The notes under the pieces were generated by a model. That model was not told where the DNA came from. It searched no databases and saw only the letters and a program-made list of their open reading frames with translations. A stretch of 64,000 nt of DNA from Scyliorhinus canicula (taxonomy: Eukaryota): NCBI RefSeq assembly GCF_902713615.1, contig NC_052156.1, positions 132,432,407-132,496,406 of the forward strand, in the 5' to 3' direction. Positions 34,963 through 46,459 of this stretch are shown here, one piece after another. A program made the position numbers and the translations under genes. Each line of letters opens with the position of its first letter. Position 1 is the stretch's first letter.

Positions 34963-35040
34963 TGGTACCAGAGTGCGATTAATCCTGCCGAACCTACCTC
35001 GAGTAAATCTGCAATGACCAGCAAGCGGCCACCCAGAGAC

Positions 35041-36564
35041 ATGGAAAACATCCAGCCTCCTCCTCAGCTCCGCAACTCCGGCAACCTCGCCGCCAATTGG
35101 AAGATCTTCAAGGAAAAGTTCCTCCTGTATATGGAGGCCTCTGACCTCGAGGCAGCATCGGATGCAAGGAAGATCGCGCTATTTCTCTCGACCGCAGGGA
35201 TCACGCCATCCATACCTATAACTCGCTTACGTTTGCCAATGGCAAAGACAAGACGAAGTTTAAAACGGACCTGCTAAAATTCGACAGCCACTGCGACATT
35301 GAAGTGCATGAGAGCTTTGAACGGTACATCTTCCAACAGACCCTTCAGGGTAAGGATGAACCTTTTTCAGTCCTTCCTGACCCAGCTCCGCATCCTGGCG
35401 CAGTCATGTAATTACGGCTCAGCGGCTGATTCCATGATCCGGGATCAGATTGTTTTCGGGGTCCACTCCGATTCCCTGCAGCAGCAGCTCCTCAAAATAA
35501 AACAGCTAACTCTCTCCATCGCTATTGAGACATGCGTGGTCCATGATCATGCCAAGAATCGTTACTCCCACATCAGGGCGGCGGAAACTGCAAAACTGGC
35601 CTCCCACGAGGCAGAACGGGTGCAGGCCATTGAAAAAATGCAAGGCCTGAGTATCGAGGAAAGTGGCCATTTTGCATGCTTTTCTGTGGTCCCAACGCAT
35701 GCTTGCCACAGCCAGGGTACAACGAGGCCGAGAACCCTAATGCGCAGGTCATACATCGGCCGACCAACTGCGCATGTACGTTGGCGCACAGAACGCACTG
35801 ACGTCAGCGTTATGACGTGTCTGAATTGTGGCTCTGCCCATTTAAAGCAGCAATGTCCAGCCAAAGGAACGGCGATGCCTACAGTATGGGAAGCCTGGCC
35901 ATTACGCGGCCTGCTGCAGGTCCACTCCACCGATTATCAGCCAGCTGTCCCAGATACGGCGCAGTAGTATCCGCTCGGTACAACAAGACATGCAGGATGC
36001 TGACCCCGACAGCCCAACGGATCCCGATGCTGATTGCCTCGAGTCTCCATATCGGGTGGGCATCATAACCACATGCGAGTTGGTCCCCACTGCACTGGCA
36101 ACCCGCCTTTCGATCCTCAATGTGGATCCCAACGAGGAGTGGTGTGCTATCCGCACAGTCAACCAGGCTTGCATCCGAATTAAACTGGACACCGGCACGT
36201 CTGTGAACCTCATACCACAGTCAGATCTCGACAGCATCTGTGACCGACATCGCATTCTTCCACCAGCATGCCAACTCCTCGACTATAATGGCAATGCCAT
36301 AGCTGCCAGTGGATTGTGTCGGCTAGGGGTATCTCACAAGGAATTCAAGGCAACTTTACAGTTCCAGATCGTTAGGCCTGACAGGGCGTCCCTGCTCGGT
36401 GCTCGCACCTACAAGCTCCTGAATCTGGTCCGGCGAGTCCACACCATGTCGACGACATCGCCGCAATGCCAGCTATCCCGCCTGTCCAAGTGCCGGCATC
36501 TCCTGCTCCACCTCTGCGGTGATCGACTAGAATTCAGCTCCCGCCTCAAAGACTGAATCTATAG
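35041..36564 (+). pseudogene. gag-protease pseudogene fused to the last codons of pol
   Basis: MENIQPPPQLRNSGNLAANWKIFKEKF; FQSFLTQLRILAQSCNYG..DSMIRDQIVFGV; zinc knuckles CLNCGSAHLKQQC and CLQYGKPGHYAACC; protease IKLDTGTSVNLI...SLLGAR; then PPLR*STRIQLPPQRLNL*. Several frameshifts. Confidence 0.85.
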
Positions 36565-36715
36565 ACTTTACTTTTGTAACTTTCGTTCAGTTTTCTCTGT
36601 ATCTGGACGATAGACATCTTCCCATGTACATATGTTCGTTAACTTATCACTTGTATATCGTCAGGCGTGTATCTACCATCACATTCCATAACTTTTTTTT
36701 TTTAAAAGGGGGAGA

Positions 36716-37120
36716 TGTCATAATACCCACTCATGTATATAATGAGATGCAGACAGGCAGTGATTGACACATAGGATGACCAATGAACACACACCACAGA
36801 ACAACCAATCACCAGACAAGACACCACCATGATAAAGCTCACAGGGCATTAAGACTCCCGCTCTTTTCGGGACCCAGACATTGAGACAGTCAGAGTGCAT
36901 AGGTCAGTGGACATTATTGCCATGTGGTAGCTAGTAGGTCTGGTCGAGCCAGTAAGAGGTCGTCAGTAGGATTAGTAGAGTGTCAACCCACAGCTGAACA
37001 TGTACAGCCGTTCATAGTTTAAATAAAACCGTGTTGGATCATCTCCGGTGTTAGACGTTTGTTTCTAGCTTCTTTGCATCCAGTTGCAGTCAACGTCAAA
37101 CCAACCCGCCTAACACATCA
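36716..37120 (+). repeat. 3' LTR
   Basis: Direct repeat of 34558-34962, preceded by the PPT. Confidence 0.95.
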
Positions 37121-37703
37121 ATGCTGACCTTCACCTCACCTCTGTGATGGCCCTCTTATGCATTTCCCCAGCTAATTCCCTTGTCATCTGCTCGGTGGGT
37201 TGAGCCCCCTTCAGTCTTCTTCCTTTCTGTTCTGTTTGAGGCCACCTTTTCCTAGGGGAACATGGTGAGAAGAATGGAGGCAAGTTATACAGGGTAGTCA
37301 GTAGCTGGTGGAATGTGTGTGAAAGTCACCTGGCCAAAGAGGACAATACTGTTGTTGGGGTTTGGTGTTGGGTGGGATGTGAGAGAGATGCAGGCAGGTG
37401 GGTTTTTATTGGCCTCTATGGCAGTGGGGATGTGATGTGAGGGGTGAGGGAGGTCTTTCATTTTCTTCGGACACTTTGTGCCAGTCCGACTGGTGAGGCT
37501 CACTGCACCGATCGCCTTGGCCAACGTTACCCAGGCTTGGTTGACGATTGTGGGCTGGAGCCTCCTGCCCACCCTAGCAAAGAGGGTGTCTCACCTCTTC
37601 ACCACATGCAACATTCGATCAAGCTCCGGCTCAGTGAACCTTCGGGCCCCTCTCCTCGGAGCCATCTTCTTAGCTGGAATGAGAGTGTGTGCAAAGCAAG
37701 GGT

Positions 37704-38100
37704 TGTGATAGTCAAGCTACTGTGGAGAAAGCCTGCAAAGGGCTCATCATCTGAAGTAAAGGCTCTTTTCTCTTTCATTTACATTTCCTCCCCCCTCTCT
37801 GTTTGTCTGCCGTGTGTGTGTGTGTATGTATATAGAGGTTGGGAGGAGGCAAGTTACAGTAGGAGTTAGGTCCTTATAAATATTTAACCAACTGTATCTG
37901 CTGTGAATTTCAGCATTAATCTTGTTATAAATAAATACTAATTGTGTTTCATTTGCAAACCTGGGTGACTGTAATTATTGGGCAGCCAAGGGCCAAAGAT
38001 TTCGGGAATGTTTGTAAGAATTTTCGTTATTTCACTTGTGTGTGATTTTGGGGCATGTGGGGCTGGGATTGACTGCTCACTTGCCCAGGATGGGGTAACA
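37704..38100 (+). mobile_element. Possible solo LTR fragment
   Basis: TGTGATAG...AATAAA...GGGGTAACA ends. No matching TSD was seen. Confidence 0.35.
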
Positions 38101-38499
38101 AAAGTCCCAAGCACTGAGGCATTAACCCATTTGGAGAAATTATTGGGGGGGGGGGGGGGGGGGCAAGAGCTGCCTTCCCTTCCTGAGGCTATCCCTTACT
38201 CTCTGTGCTGACACAGGAGGCTTCCTCCATTTAGCTGGTGCCCTCATGCTGTTGGGTGGCGATACATTGTTGGCATAATGCCAGTGGCACCACCAAATGG
38301 TACCCAATTGGGCCTTTAATTATGGAAATTGGCTGCCTGTTGTTTTGGAGCAGGCAACCTGCCCGCTCCTCATCCCACTGCCTGTAAAGTGCCCCAAAAG
38401 CGAGGTTGTGTTGAGAAGCTGATCCAACACAGCTCCCCAAAGTTTTACCAGATCCCCCACCTTCTTACGGAAATTTTAAGGCCACCCAGTCAGATTCAT

Positions 38500-38975
38500 C
38501 TTGGCAATGAGGGAGCCCATCCAGTCCGTCGGGTCTATGCCTACTCTCAGTAGAGCAATCCTGTGAATCCCATTCTCCACTCTATCCCTATAGCTCTTAG
38601 TCTCCCTCAGATGCCCACCCCATTTCTTTGAGAAATTATTCATCATCTCCAATTCCACCACCTTTGGAGGCAACAAATTCCAGAGATTATCAGCAAGTAT
38701 TGCATAAAAAAAAAATATTCCTTACAGTTCCCAAATGCCTTGCCCAGAATGATAAATCTCTGTCTCCTAGCCTTTGCGCCATCAGCCAATGGAAACAGCA
38801 TTTTGTCTAGCTTCCCTAAACCATCACCATTCTGCACATCAGTATCTAATCTCCTTTGCTCCAAGGTGAAGAACCCCAACAGCTCCAGCCTAACCTTTTA
38901 CCTAATATCCTCCCTGTCTGGAACAATTCTGGTAAGTCTCTGCAGCAGCCTCCCAAGGACCCATGCATCCTTCCG
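38500..38975 (-). mobile_element. CR1 LINE 3' fragment
   Basis: Minus-strand RLELLGFFTLEQRRL...LDKMLFPLA motifs. Confidence 0.7.
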
Positions 38976-39359
38976 AGGTTCAGCAAGTAAACTGTAAAGT
39001 AAATGTTAATCAATCTTAAGAGGTTGGGGAGAACTAATTTTCCCTTGGGTTGCATGTTGAGTGGGCAGGGGCAGAGTGATTGCGCTGCCCATCCCATGGT
39101 ACAAACAAAACGTCTGAATTATTGTCAAGGTGTATGCTTTTCAGCAATTGCATTTTTTATGGCTGAATAACTTGAAAATCAGGGCTAAGCTGTTCAGGGG
39201 CATTTCGTAGGACTTAAATCTAAAAACAAAGCTATTTGTTAATTTGTTAAACTTTCAGCAGAATATATCTGTAGTTTCAGTTGAATACTATCTATGATTG
39301 GCAATTCAATGGGTTGCATTTGTTCTGTTAACTTCATGAATATTTACAGATTTACAGGG

Positions 39360-40680
39360 ACCCTCTCTTCCGCCCCAATTCAGTAGCAGACTGCGTGCTG
39401 TTGCAGAGTTTCAACCAATACTGATTGGCGCAGTGCCAAGCAATCTGCTCAGATTTGATACTGGTAGTTCAGCATCTAGATATTGTTTGCTGGGACTTGT
39501 TTATTGTTCATGAGGGCTTTCTTCTAGGTTGCAACAATTGGCTCCATTCTGGTCCAATAAGTCACAAAGCAGTCAGCAATCTTCTGATCTATTTTCCTGT
39601 ATGTGGGGAGTGCAGTTACAGATATGTTGCACAGATGATGCCAGTGTGACACACTCTGGCCTTGGGCATTGTTCTCCCAAAGGGCCTGATCGAGGATGTT
39701 GTGACTTCTTGGCTTCTTCCTTAGGTCAGTGGCATGGCAAGCGTTGATCTGAGGGCAAATTTTCTTCTTGTTGTGGTGTTGTTTCTTTTGCTGATGACGG
39801 ACCTTATTGCACACCAGGGAGTATTCAGTATCACAGTCAGCTCTGTGATAGATACCGTGACGAGGACACTGTTGAAGATGGTGCAATCTAGCTTGTGCCT
39901 GTGACATGGTCATGGAGGTTTCATTGTAGTGCAGCTTGGTTTGGAAGCAGTTGGCCATCAAAGAGAGTCAACAGTAACAGCAAAGCTATCATAATCTCTG
40001 TTCATTTTCATTCATCTTGCGGATTCCCTGGTGCCCTATGCACATTGGTCAAGCTGTGCCGTTGGTATCCACCCTGGTGTTGAACTCAGCTGGATAGAAC
40101 AGTCCATTGGTGCTTGGAATTCTGTTGATGGCATCATCAAAGACTCATAGAATTGATCATTGACGTTGTGTATCGGGGAATAGGTGCACAAGAGGTTAAC
40201 TGGACCTGCCTTGTTCACAAGCAAGCAAGTCCCTCAAGTCATTTTTGGGAGATTCAAACATTGTGAAGTGAGTGTTTTTCACTGTGGATACCATGCCATG
40301 TGAATGTGTTGTTCTTTCAGTTTCCCCCTGCCAGAAGAACATATAATGTTTCTCTTTAAGGGTCCCACTTTGAACAGGCCTAGTTTCTTGTAGCACAGCA
40401 GTGTCCAGATTGAGCCTTGTAAGTTATTTGTTGATCACAACTGTCGGATATGCTTCATCAACCTGCTGGAGGCTGTTGGTCATGGTTCGGATACACATGT
40501 TCCAGATTGGAAGGACTGGTGTCTTCTTTTTTCAGTTTGTCTTGCCTGGTGCATAGATTGTAAATACTCCTCTCGGGGGATGATCCTGTAGGCTCCAAGC
40601 AACCATTGAAGCAAGCAGATCATGGTGGGACAGCACCTAACTGATTGGGAGGTACTGAGTTTAAAGTAGGTGCCAGCTAT
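39360..40680 (-). mobile_element. RTE (BovB-like) LINE, endonuclease and partial RT region, decayed
   Basis: LQETRPVQSGTLKEKHYMFFWQG, GPVNLLCTYSP..DQFYESL, FQTKLH, YHRADCDTEYSLV. A plus-strand RTE-like 3' piece lies at about 40950-41160. Confidence 0.75.
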
Positions 40681-41419
40681 CCAATGGTAAATCCAGGAAT
40701 GCTAGAGGGATGCATGAAGGAGTGAAGAAAGCAAGAGGCCCAGCAGCAAACAAACAACCCCCTTTGAGGACAGAGTTGAGGAGGCTTATTTTCTCTCAGG
40801 AAGTTGTGCAACTTTAGAACTTTTGTTTTAGAAGACAGTGGAAATAGGGTTGTTGAAGATTTTCAAGGTAGAGTCGACAAATTATTGTTGACTGGGATCG
40901 GAGTTGATGCTTGGGAAATCTTTGATGCTGACTGGAGTGCAGTAAGGAAGGACAAACAGTAAGGAAGGACAGTGGAAAAAGAAGGGGGCAAAAGATGCGA
41001 CCAGTTGACAGGAAGAAACGCCAATTTATCTCGGGCCAACGCTATTCATGTATCGAAGCTGCAGAAGCCACTAACTCACACCAATCAGCCTCTACAACCA
41101 CAAATGATGTTCAATACAGAAATGGCGAACACCCTGGAGCAGTCTCTATAAATGGATGGTGCCAAACTAATTAACTAACTTTATATTCCATGAAAAACCT
41201 TAGCGCAATATGTTCAGGAAATGAAAAATAATCATTTTTACTCTTTTATTTTGAGATACTGATGAGCCGTGATTGAAATGATCTGTAATTTGCAAACACT
41301 GCCTAGGAATGGTGCAACATTAAGCAATGAAAAGGGAACAGGCCAGAAAAGCATCAAACTAGAAACAAAATGGTAAAACAACTCGACATACACATTTGGC
41401 TGTCTGTTGTAAATATTTA

Positions 41420-41791
41420 CAGGTTGAGCATCCCTCATCAGAAATGCTTGGGTCTGAGTGCAGATTGGATTTCGGAAATTTTGGGATTTTGGAATGTAAT
41501 TTTCGAAGGGGCGAAGCAATCTGTTCCCGGGACCTGCACATGTGTTGGGCTTTGGGACCTGCGCATGTGCGGCGTGTTAGGACCTGCGCATGTGCGGCGT
41601 GTTAGGACCTGCGCATGTGCGATGCTTTGGAACCTTCGCACATGCGCCGTGTTGGGTGCCGGTCATCACCCAAGAGCCTTCTCAGAGCCTTGTGGGATTT
41701 CCCATTCATGATATCACATCACCGCTTGAAAAAAAGTGCGGATTTTAGAATTTTTTGGTTTTTGGAATTTCGGATATGGATGCTCAACCTG
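41420..41791. mobile_element. Tc1/mariner-pogo (Tigger4/Zombi-like) MITE
   Basis: TIRs CAGGTTGAGCATCC / GGATGCTCAACCTG, flanks TA / CA, subterminal TCGGA repeats. Confidence 0.8.
41530..41655. repeat. 25-bp minisatellite, about 5 copies (GGACCTGCGCATGTGCGGCGTGTTA)
   Basis: Directly abutting units with no unique spacers. Confidence 0.9.
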
Positions 41792-41872
41792 CAATACAAT
41801 GCATCATTTCAACCGTGATCAGTTACTGCGTTTCCTAATTGATCACGGTTGCAATGATGCATTGTATTACAG
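41789..41872. repeat. Inverted repeat: 37-bp arms, 10-nt loop, 3 mismatches
   Basis: CTGCAATACAATGCATCATTTCAACCGTGATCAGTTA-ctgcgtttcc-TAATTGATCACGGTTGCAATGATGCATTGTATTACAG. Confidence 0.9.
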
Positions 41873-41929
41873 AAACTAACCAATTTCAAATGATCGCAAC
41901 ATTCAACAATCCACACTTGTCCACAAGTT

Positions 41930-42466
41930 GGGCAGCATGGTAGCACAATGGTTAGCACAGTTGCTTCACAGCTCCAGGGTCCCAGGTTCGATTCTCGGCT
42001 CGGGTCACTGTCTCTGGTGGAGTCTGCCCATTCTCCCTGTGTCTGCGTGGGTTTCCTCCGAGTGCACTGGTTTCCTCCCAGAGTCCATAGATGTGCAGAT
42101 TAGGTGCATTGGCCATGATAAATTGTCCTTCGTGTCCAGAAAGGTTAGGTGGGGTTACTGGGTTACGGGGGATGGGGTGAAGGCATGGGCTTAAGTAGGG
42201 TGCTCTAGGGCAGCACGGTGGCGCAGTGGGTTAGCCCTGCAGCCTCACGGCGCCGAGGTCCCGGGTTCGATCCCGGCTCTGGGTCACTGTCTGTGTGGAG
42301 TTTGCACATTCTCCCCGTGTTTGCATGGGTTTCGCCCTTTAATTGGAAAAAATTAATTGGGTATACTAAAATTAAAAAAAAAAGTAGGGTGCTCTTTCCA
42401 AGGGCTAGTCCAGACTCGATGGGTCAAATGGCCTCCTTCTGCACAGTGAATTCTATGATTCTATGA
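41930..42466 (+). mobile_element. HE1-like V-SINE (family B) interrupted by a family A SINE
   Basis: Head and V-domain at 41930-42206. The tail resumes at 42382 and ends TTCTATGATTCTATGA. Confidence 0.9.
42208..42381 (+). mobile_element. Short A-tailed V-SINE (family A), nested
   Basis: Perfect 14-bp TSD AAGTAGGGTGCTCT (42193-42206 / 42382-42395) and an A tail. Confidence 0.9.
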
Positions 42467-42959
42467 GAAAGAAACAAAGGATTTAAGCATATATTCTTTT
42501 AACTCTTTATTGGACAGTAACTTTCTTACGTCTGCTACCGTTTATGTGTTTCATTGCATCTTTATAATTTCTTCTTGAATTTAGTAACAAATAATCTTCC
42601 TCCAGAAAACCTTGTTTGATTAGCTCCTGATTAAAAAATAAAAACATTTGGATTGAAAAGGCAATTACTAGGAAAAGAAACCTAAAAACTTTTGTTGTGG
42701 CCAATCGAGGGGGCTGACTAGAAGGGGAACTAGTTCATTCATTCTCCCCCAGATGAAGGCCTGAATTCTCCAGCCGTTGGGATTCGCTGTTCAGCAGTGC
42801 ACTCCCACCTGTGGGTTTGCCGGAAACATGATGGTGTGGATTCAATCCCATTGACAAGCAGCTGGAATAGAGAATCCCGCCTCCAGCGAACAGTGTGCTG
42901 CTGAGAAGCATGTGACTGAGGGACTGGAAATCCCACCTGTGTTCTCACAAGTGCGCTGA

Positions 42960-45880
42960 AACATACCCTCCCTATATTTGCAATCAGTTTCCCTCACAAT
43001 AAATAATAACATTCAATTAGCTTCCCTACTTATTTACTGTGCCTATATATTACACTTTTGTGATTCATGCAATAGGACACCCAGATCCCTCTGCACCTCA
43101 GAGCTCTGCAACCTCTCAACATTTAGATAATAAGCTTCTTTTATATTCTTCCTGCCAAAATGGACAATTTAACGTTTGTCCACATTATACTTCATTTTTC
43201 CAGATTTTTGCCCACTCAATTAACATATCTATGTCCATTTGTAACCTCCTTCTGTCCTCTTCACAATTTTCTGTCCTATCTACTTTTTGTGTCATGAGCA
43301 TTTTTAGCAAACACGTTCAGTCCCTTCACCCAAGTCACCTGTATAAATTGTAAAAAGCTGAGGGCCCAGCACTGGTTCCTGTGGCACATCACTCAGCTTT
43401 TATTTTATGCAATGGCTTTTAATATGGTACCTTATCAAACATCTTTTGAAAATTTAAGTAATTTAAGTATGGTCTATCCACTGGTTCCTCTTTAACCACA
43501 GCACTCGTAACTCCTTCAACATGATTTCCTTTTCACAAAGCCATGTTGACTCTGCCTGATTGTCTTGAAATTTTTTGTGCGCTCTGCTTTTGCATGTTTA
43601 ATAATAGCTTCTGACATTTTCCCATAGGCTAACTGCCCCCCTCCCTTTTATGAATAAAGGAGTTGCATTTTATCTTCCAATCTAATGGAATCTTCCCCAA
43701 ATTTAGGGAATTTTGAAAAGTTAATACTAAGGCTTCAACTGTCTAATTCACCACTTCTTTCAAGAGCTCAGGGTGAGGTCCATCCAGGCCAGTCAGTCTG
43801 CAGGCCCAGAAATTTCCTCAATACCATTTCCCTGATGCTTGAAATTTTCCTGGGTTCCTCCCTCCCTTCAATTCCCCAATTTACAGCTATTTCTGTGATG
43901 TTACATGTGTTCTCGATAGTGAAGACTGATACAAATGCTTGTTCGATTCATCCAAAGTAGCCCTACTTTTCATCACCAATTCCCCAGACTAACTTTCTAT
44001 GGGAGCAATACGCAATTTATTGATTAAAAAAAAAATCTAAATATCTATAGGAACTCACTATCCACCTTTATATTTATGGCAAACTTTCTCTCTCAGTCTA
44101 GTTTTCCCTTCTTCATCAACCTTTTTGTGAATATCTGATGCTCTTTATATTCTTTCCAATTTTCTGACCTGTCACTTGTCTTTGCGCAGGTATATTATTT
44201 ATTTTTAGGTTTGATACTTGGTTTGTATAATGAAAAAAGAAGAGTCCCATTTTGGGCGCAAATTGCGGGGCGTTCCTCGGAGCCTGCAACACTGAGAATA
44301 ACCCTGCTCTGAATCGGGACTTTGTTTTTTTGGGAGCCTCTGTGTGGAATGCCCTGCTGAGGCCACACTAGCTTCATTTCGTGTACTGAAGAGCTCAGCT
44401 TGTCAGGGTCGCTCTGTCAGGGTGCCCAGTTGGCAGTGCCAAGGTGACAGGCTGGTAGTGCCCTGGTGCCATGATGGCATCAGGGGTGGCAAGGTATCAC
44501 CCTGCCCAGAGTCCAACCATCCAGGTACATCCAATCACCTGAGAGACCCATCAAGTACCAATACGCCTAGTCAACGTTTGTGGAAACCAGTGCTAAACGG
44601 AACATGGCGTGGTCTCCCAGGCATGGGCATTTAATCCCTGGCCTCGGGATATTCCATATTTAAGTGAATCTAACTGCTCACTTAAATATGCAAATCAGGA
44701 TCCCGCCAAATGAATGCGAGATCCAGATCGCGAGATCTCATTAGATTATACGAGGCATTCCGAATGTCATAAATCTCGCGAGAGGCTTCTTACGAGATTT
44801 AACAGCCTCCGAGTCAGACATGACAGGGTCGTTCAATCAGGTCACTGTCCTTAACCTTATTATTTAACCACAGATAGTGGGCACTCCCCTTGGAATTTTT
44901 CTTTCTCATTGGAATGTCTATTCTGTGTATTCTGAAACATCCCTTTCAATGTCTGCCACTGAACCTCTATTGATCTATCCTTAAGCACATTTGCCAGTTC
45001 ACTTCAGGTAGCTCCGCTTTCATGCCCTCACAATTGTCCTCATTGAAGTTTAAAATACCAATCTTGGACACACTCTTCACTCCCTCAAAATGCATGTAAA
45101 GTTCCATCATACTATGATCATTGTTACCTAGGGATGACTTGGGTTATCAATTAATCCTATCTCATTGCACGATGCCAGATCGAGTATAGTCTGCCCTCCC
45201 GTTGGCGGCAGAATGTACTGCTCTAAGAAGCTATCCTGAAAACATTCTACGAACTCCTCATCTATACTACTGGTTGTTGGCACAGTGGGCTGAACAGCTG
45301 GCCTGTAATGCAGAACAAGGCCTGCAGCGCATGTTCAATTCCTGTACCGGCCTCCCCGAACAGGCGCCGGAATGTGGCGACTCGGGGCTTTTCACAGGAA
45401 CTTCATTGAAGCCTACTTGTGGCAAGAAGCAATTAATATTACCTTTGCCCATCTGATTTTCCCAATCTGTATGCAGTTTAAAATCCGCATGATTATTACT
45501 TGCTCTATCTTGATGCTGACTTTTATGATTCATGTATGAGACCAACCAGATCCCTCTGAGCTGCAGCATTCTGCAATCTCTCTCCATTTAAATAATATTC
45601 TATTTTTCTATTCTTCCTGTCAATTTTCACGCATTATATCCCATCTGCCAACTTTTTGCCCACTCAAGTAATCTATCTATATCACTTTGTAGACTTTATA
45701 TTCTCCTCACAACTTGATTATCTTTGATTACATTCCAGCCTCTGCAAGTTATTAACTCTACCAGTTACAGTTTGCCAACCTGAAAAAGACCCATTTATCT
45801 TGACTTTGTTTCGTGTTAATTAACCAAACCATGTTTAGATTTCAAACCCAACCTTGTGCAGTCACCTTTTATGTTGTATC
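42960..45880 (-). mobile_element. Decayed CR1 LINE fragments, interrupted by a Harbinger-like non-autonomous element (about 44225-44845) and a family C SINE
   Basis: Colinear similarity to the CR1 at 9300-11600. Confidence 0.7.
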
Positions 45881-46145
45881 TTAGAATCATAGAATCATAG
45901 AATCCCTACAGTGCAGAAGAAGGCCATTTGGCCCTTTGAGTCTCCACCAACCCTCTGAAAGAGCATCCTACCTCAGCCCACTCCCCTGCCATATCCCCAC
46001 AACCCTGGAATCCCACCTAACCTGCACATCTTTGGACTTGCCAAATACCTTTTAGAATTCCAAATACACTAATTATAAAGAATAAAAAATCAAAGGATGT
46101 GGGTGTCACTGGGAGGTGCAGCATTTATTGCCCATTCCTAATTAC

Positions 46146-46456
46146 CATAGAATTTACAGTGCAGAAGGAGGCGATTCGGTCCATCAAGTCTGCACCGGCC
46201 CTTGGAAAGAGCACCCCATTTAAACCCACACCTCCACCCTATCCCCGTAACCAAGTAATCCCACCTAACCTTTTGGACACTGAGGGGTAATTTAGCATAG
46301 CCTATCCACCTAACCTGCACACTTTTGGACTGAAACCCATGCAGACACGGGGAGAGTGTGCAAACTCCACACAGACATTCACCCGAGGCCGGTATTGAAC
46401 TCAGCACCCTTGGGCTGTGAGCCAGCAGAGATAACCATTGTACCACCGTGACACCC
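46146..46456 (-). mobile_element. HE1-like V-SINE (family B)
   Basis: Reverse complement of the 58756-59102 type. A partial second copy lies at 45882-46040. Confidence 0.85.
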
Positions 46457-46459
46457 TTG

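Larger units (their letters stand above)
34558..37120 (+). mobile_element. Gypsy/Ty3-type LTR retrotransposon, internally deleted (Gag and protease only), 2563 bp
   Basis: Two 405-bp LTRs (TGT...CA), perfect TSD ATGCT (34553-34557 / 37121-37125), PBS TGGTACCAGAG at 34963 and PPT AAAAGGGGGAGA at 36704-36715. Confidence 0.95.
33240..37665 (-). pseudogene. Harbinger Myb/SANT-like DNA-binding protein pseudogene, multi-exon, split by the LTR element
   Basis: Exon 1 from ATG at 37665: MAPRRGARRFTEPELDRML..VKR*DTLF..VGRR...AWVTLAKAIGAVSLTSRTGTKCPKKMKDL. Exon 2 after CCCTAG at about 37252: EKVASNRTERKKTEGG. The gene continues left of 34553. Confidence 0.8.
29656..37700. mobile_element. Decayed autonomous-type PIF/Harbinger transposon: nuclease gene (+) and Myb/SANT gene (-), convergent; hosts later insertions
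   Basis: GGGCACAAATTCT TIR-like left end and both Harbinger genes present. The right end was not located. Confidence 0.7.

Noticed and set aside
41530-41655. CRISPR-like short repeat array
   Set aside because: The units abut with no unique spacers, there are no cas genes and the context is eukaryotic. It is a minisatellite inside a MITE.
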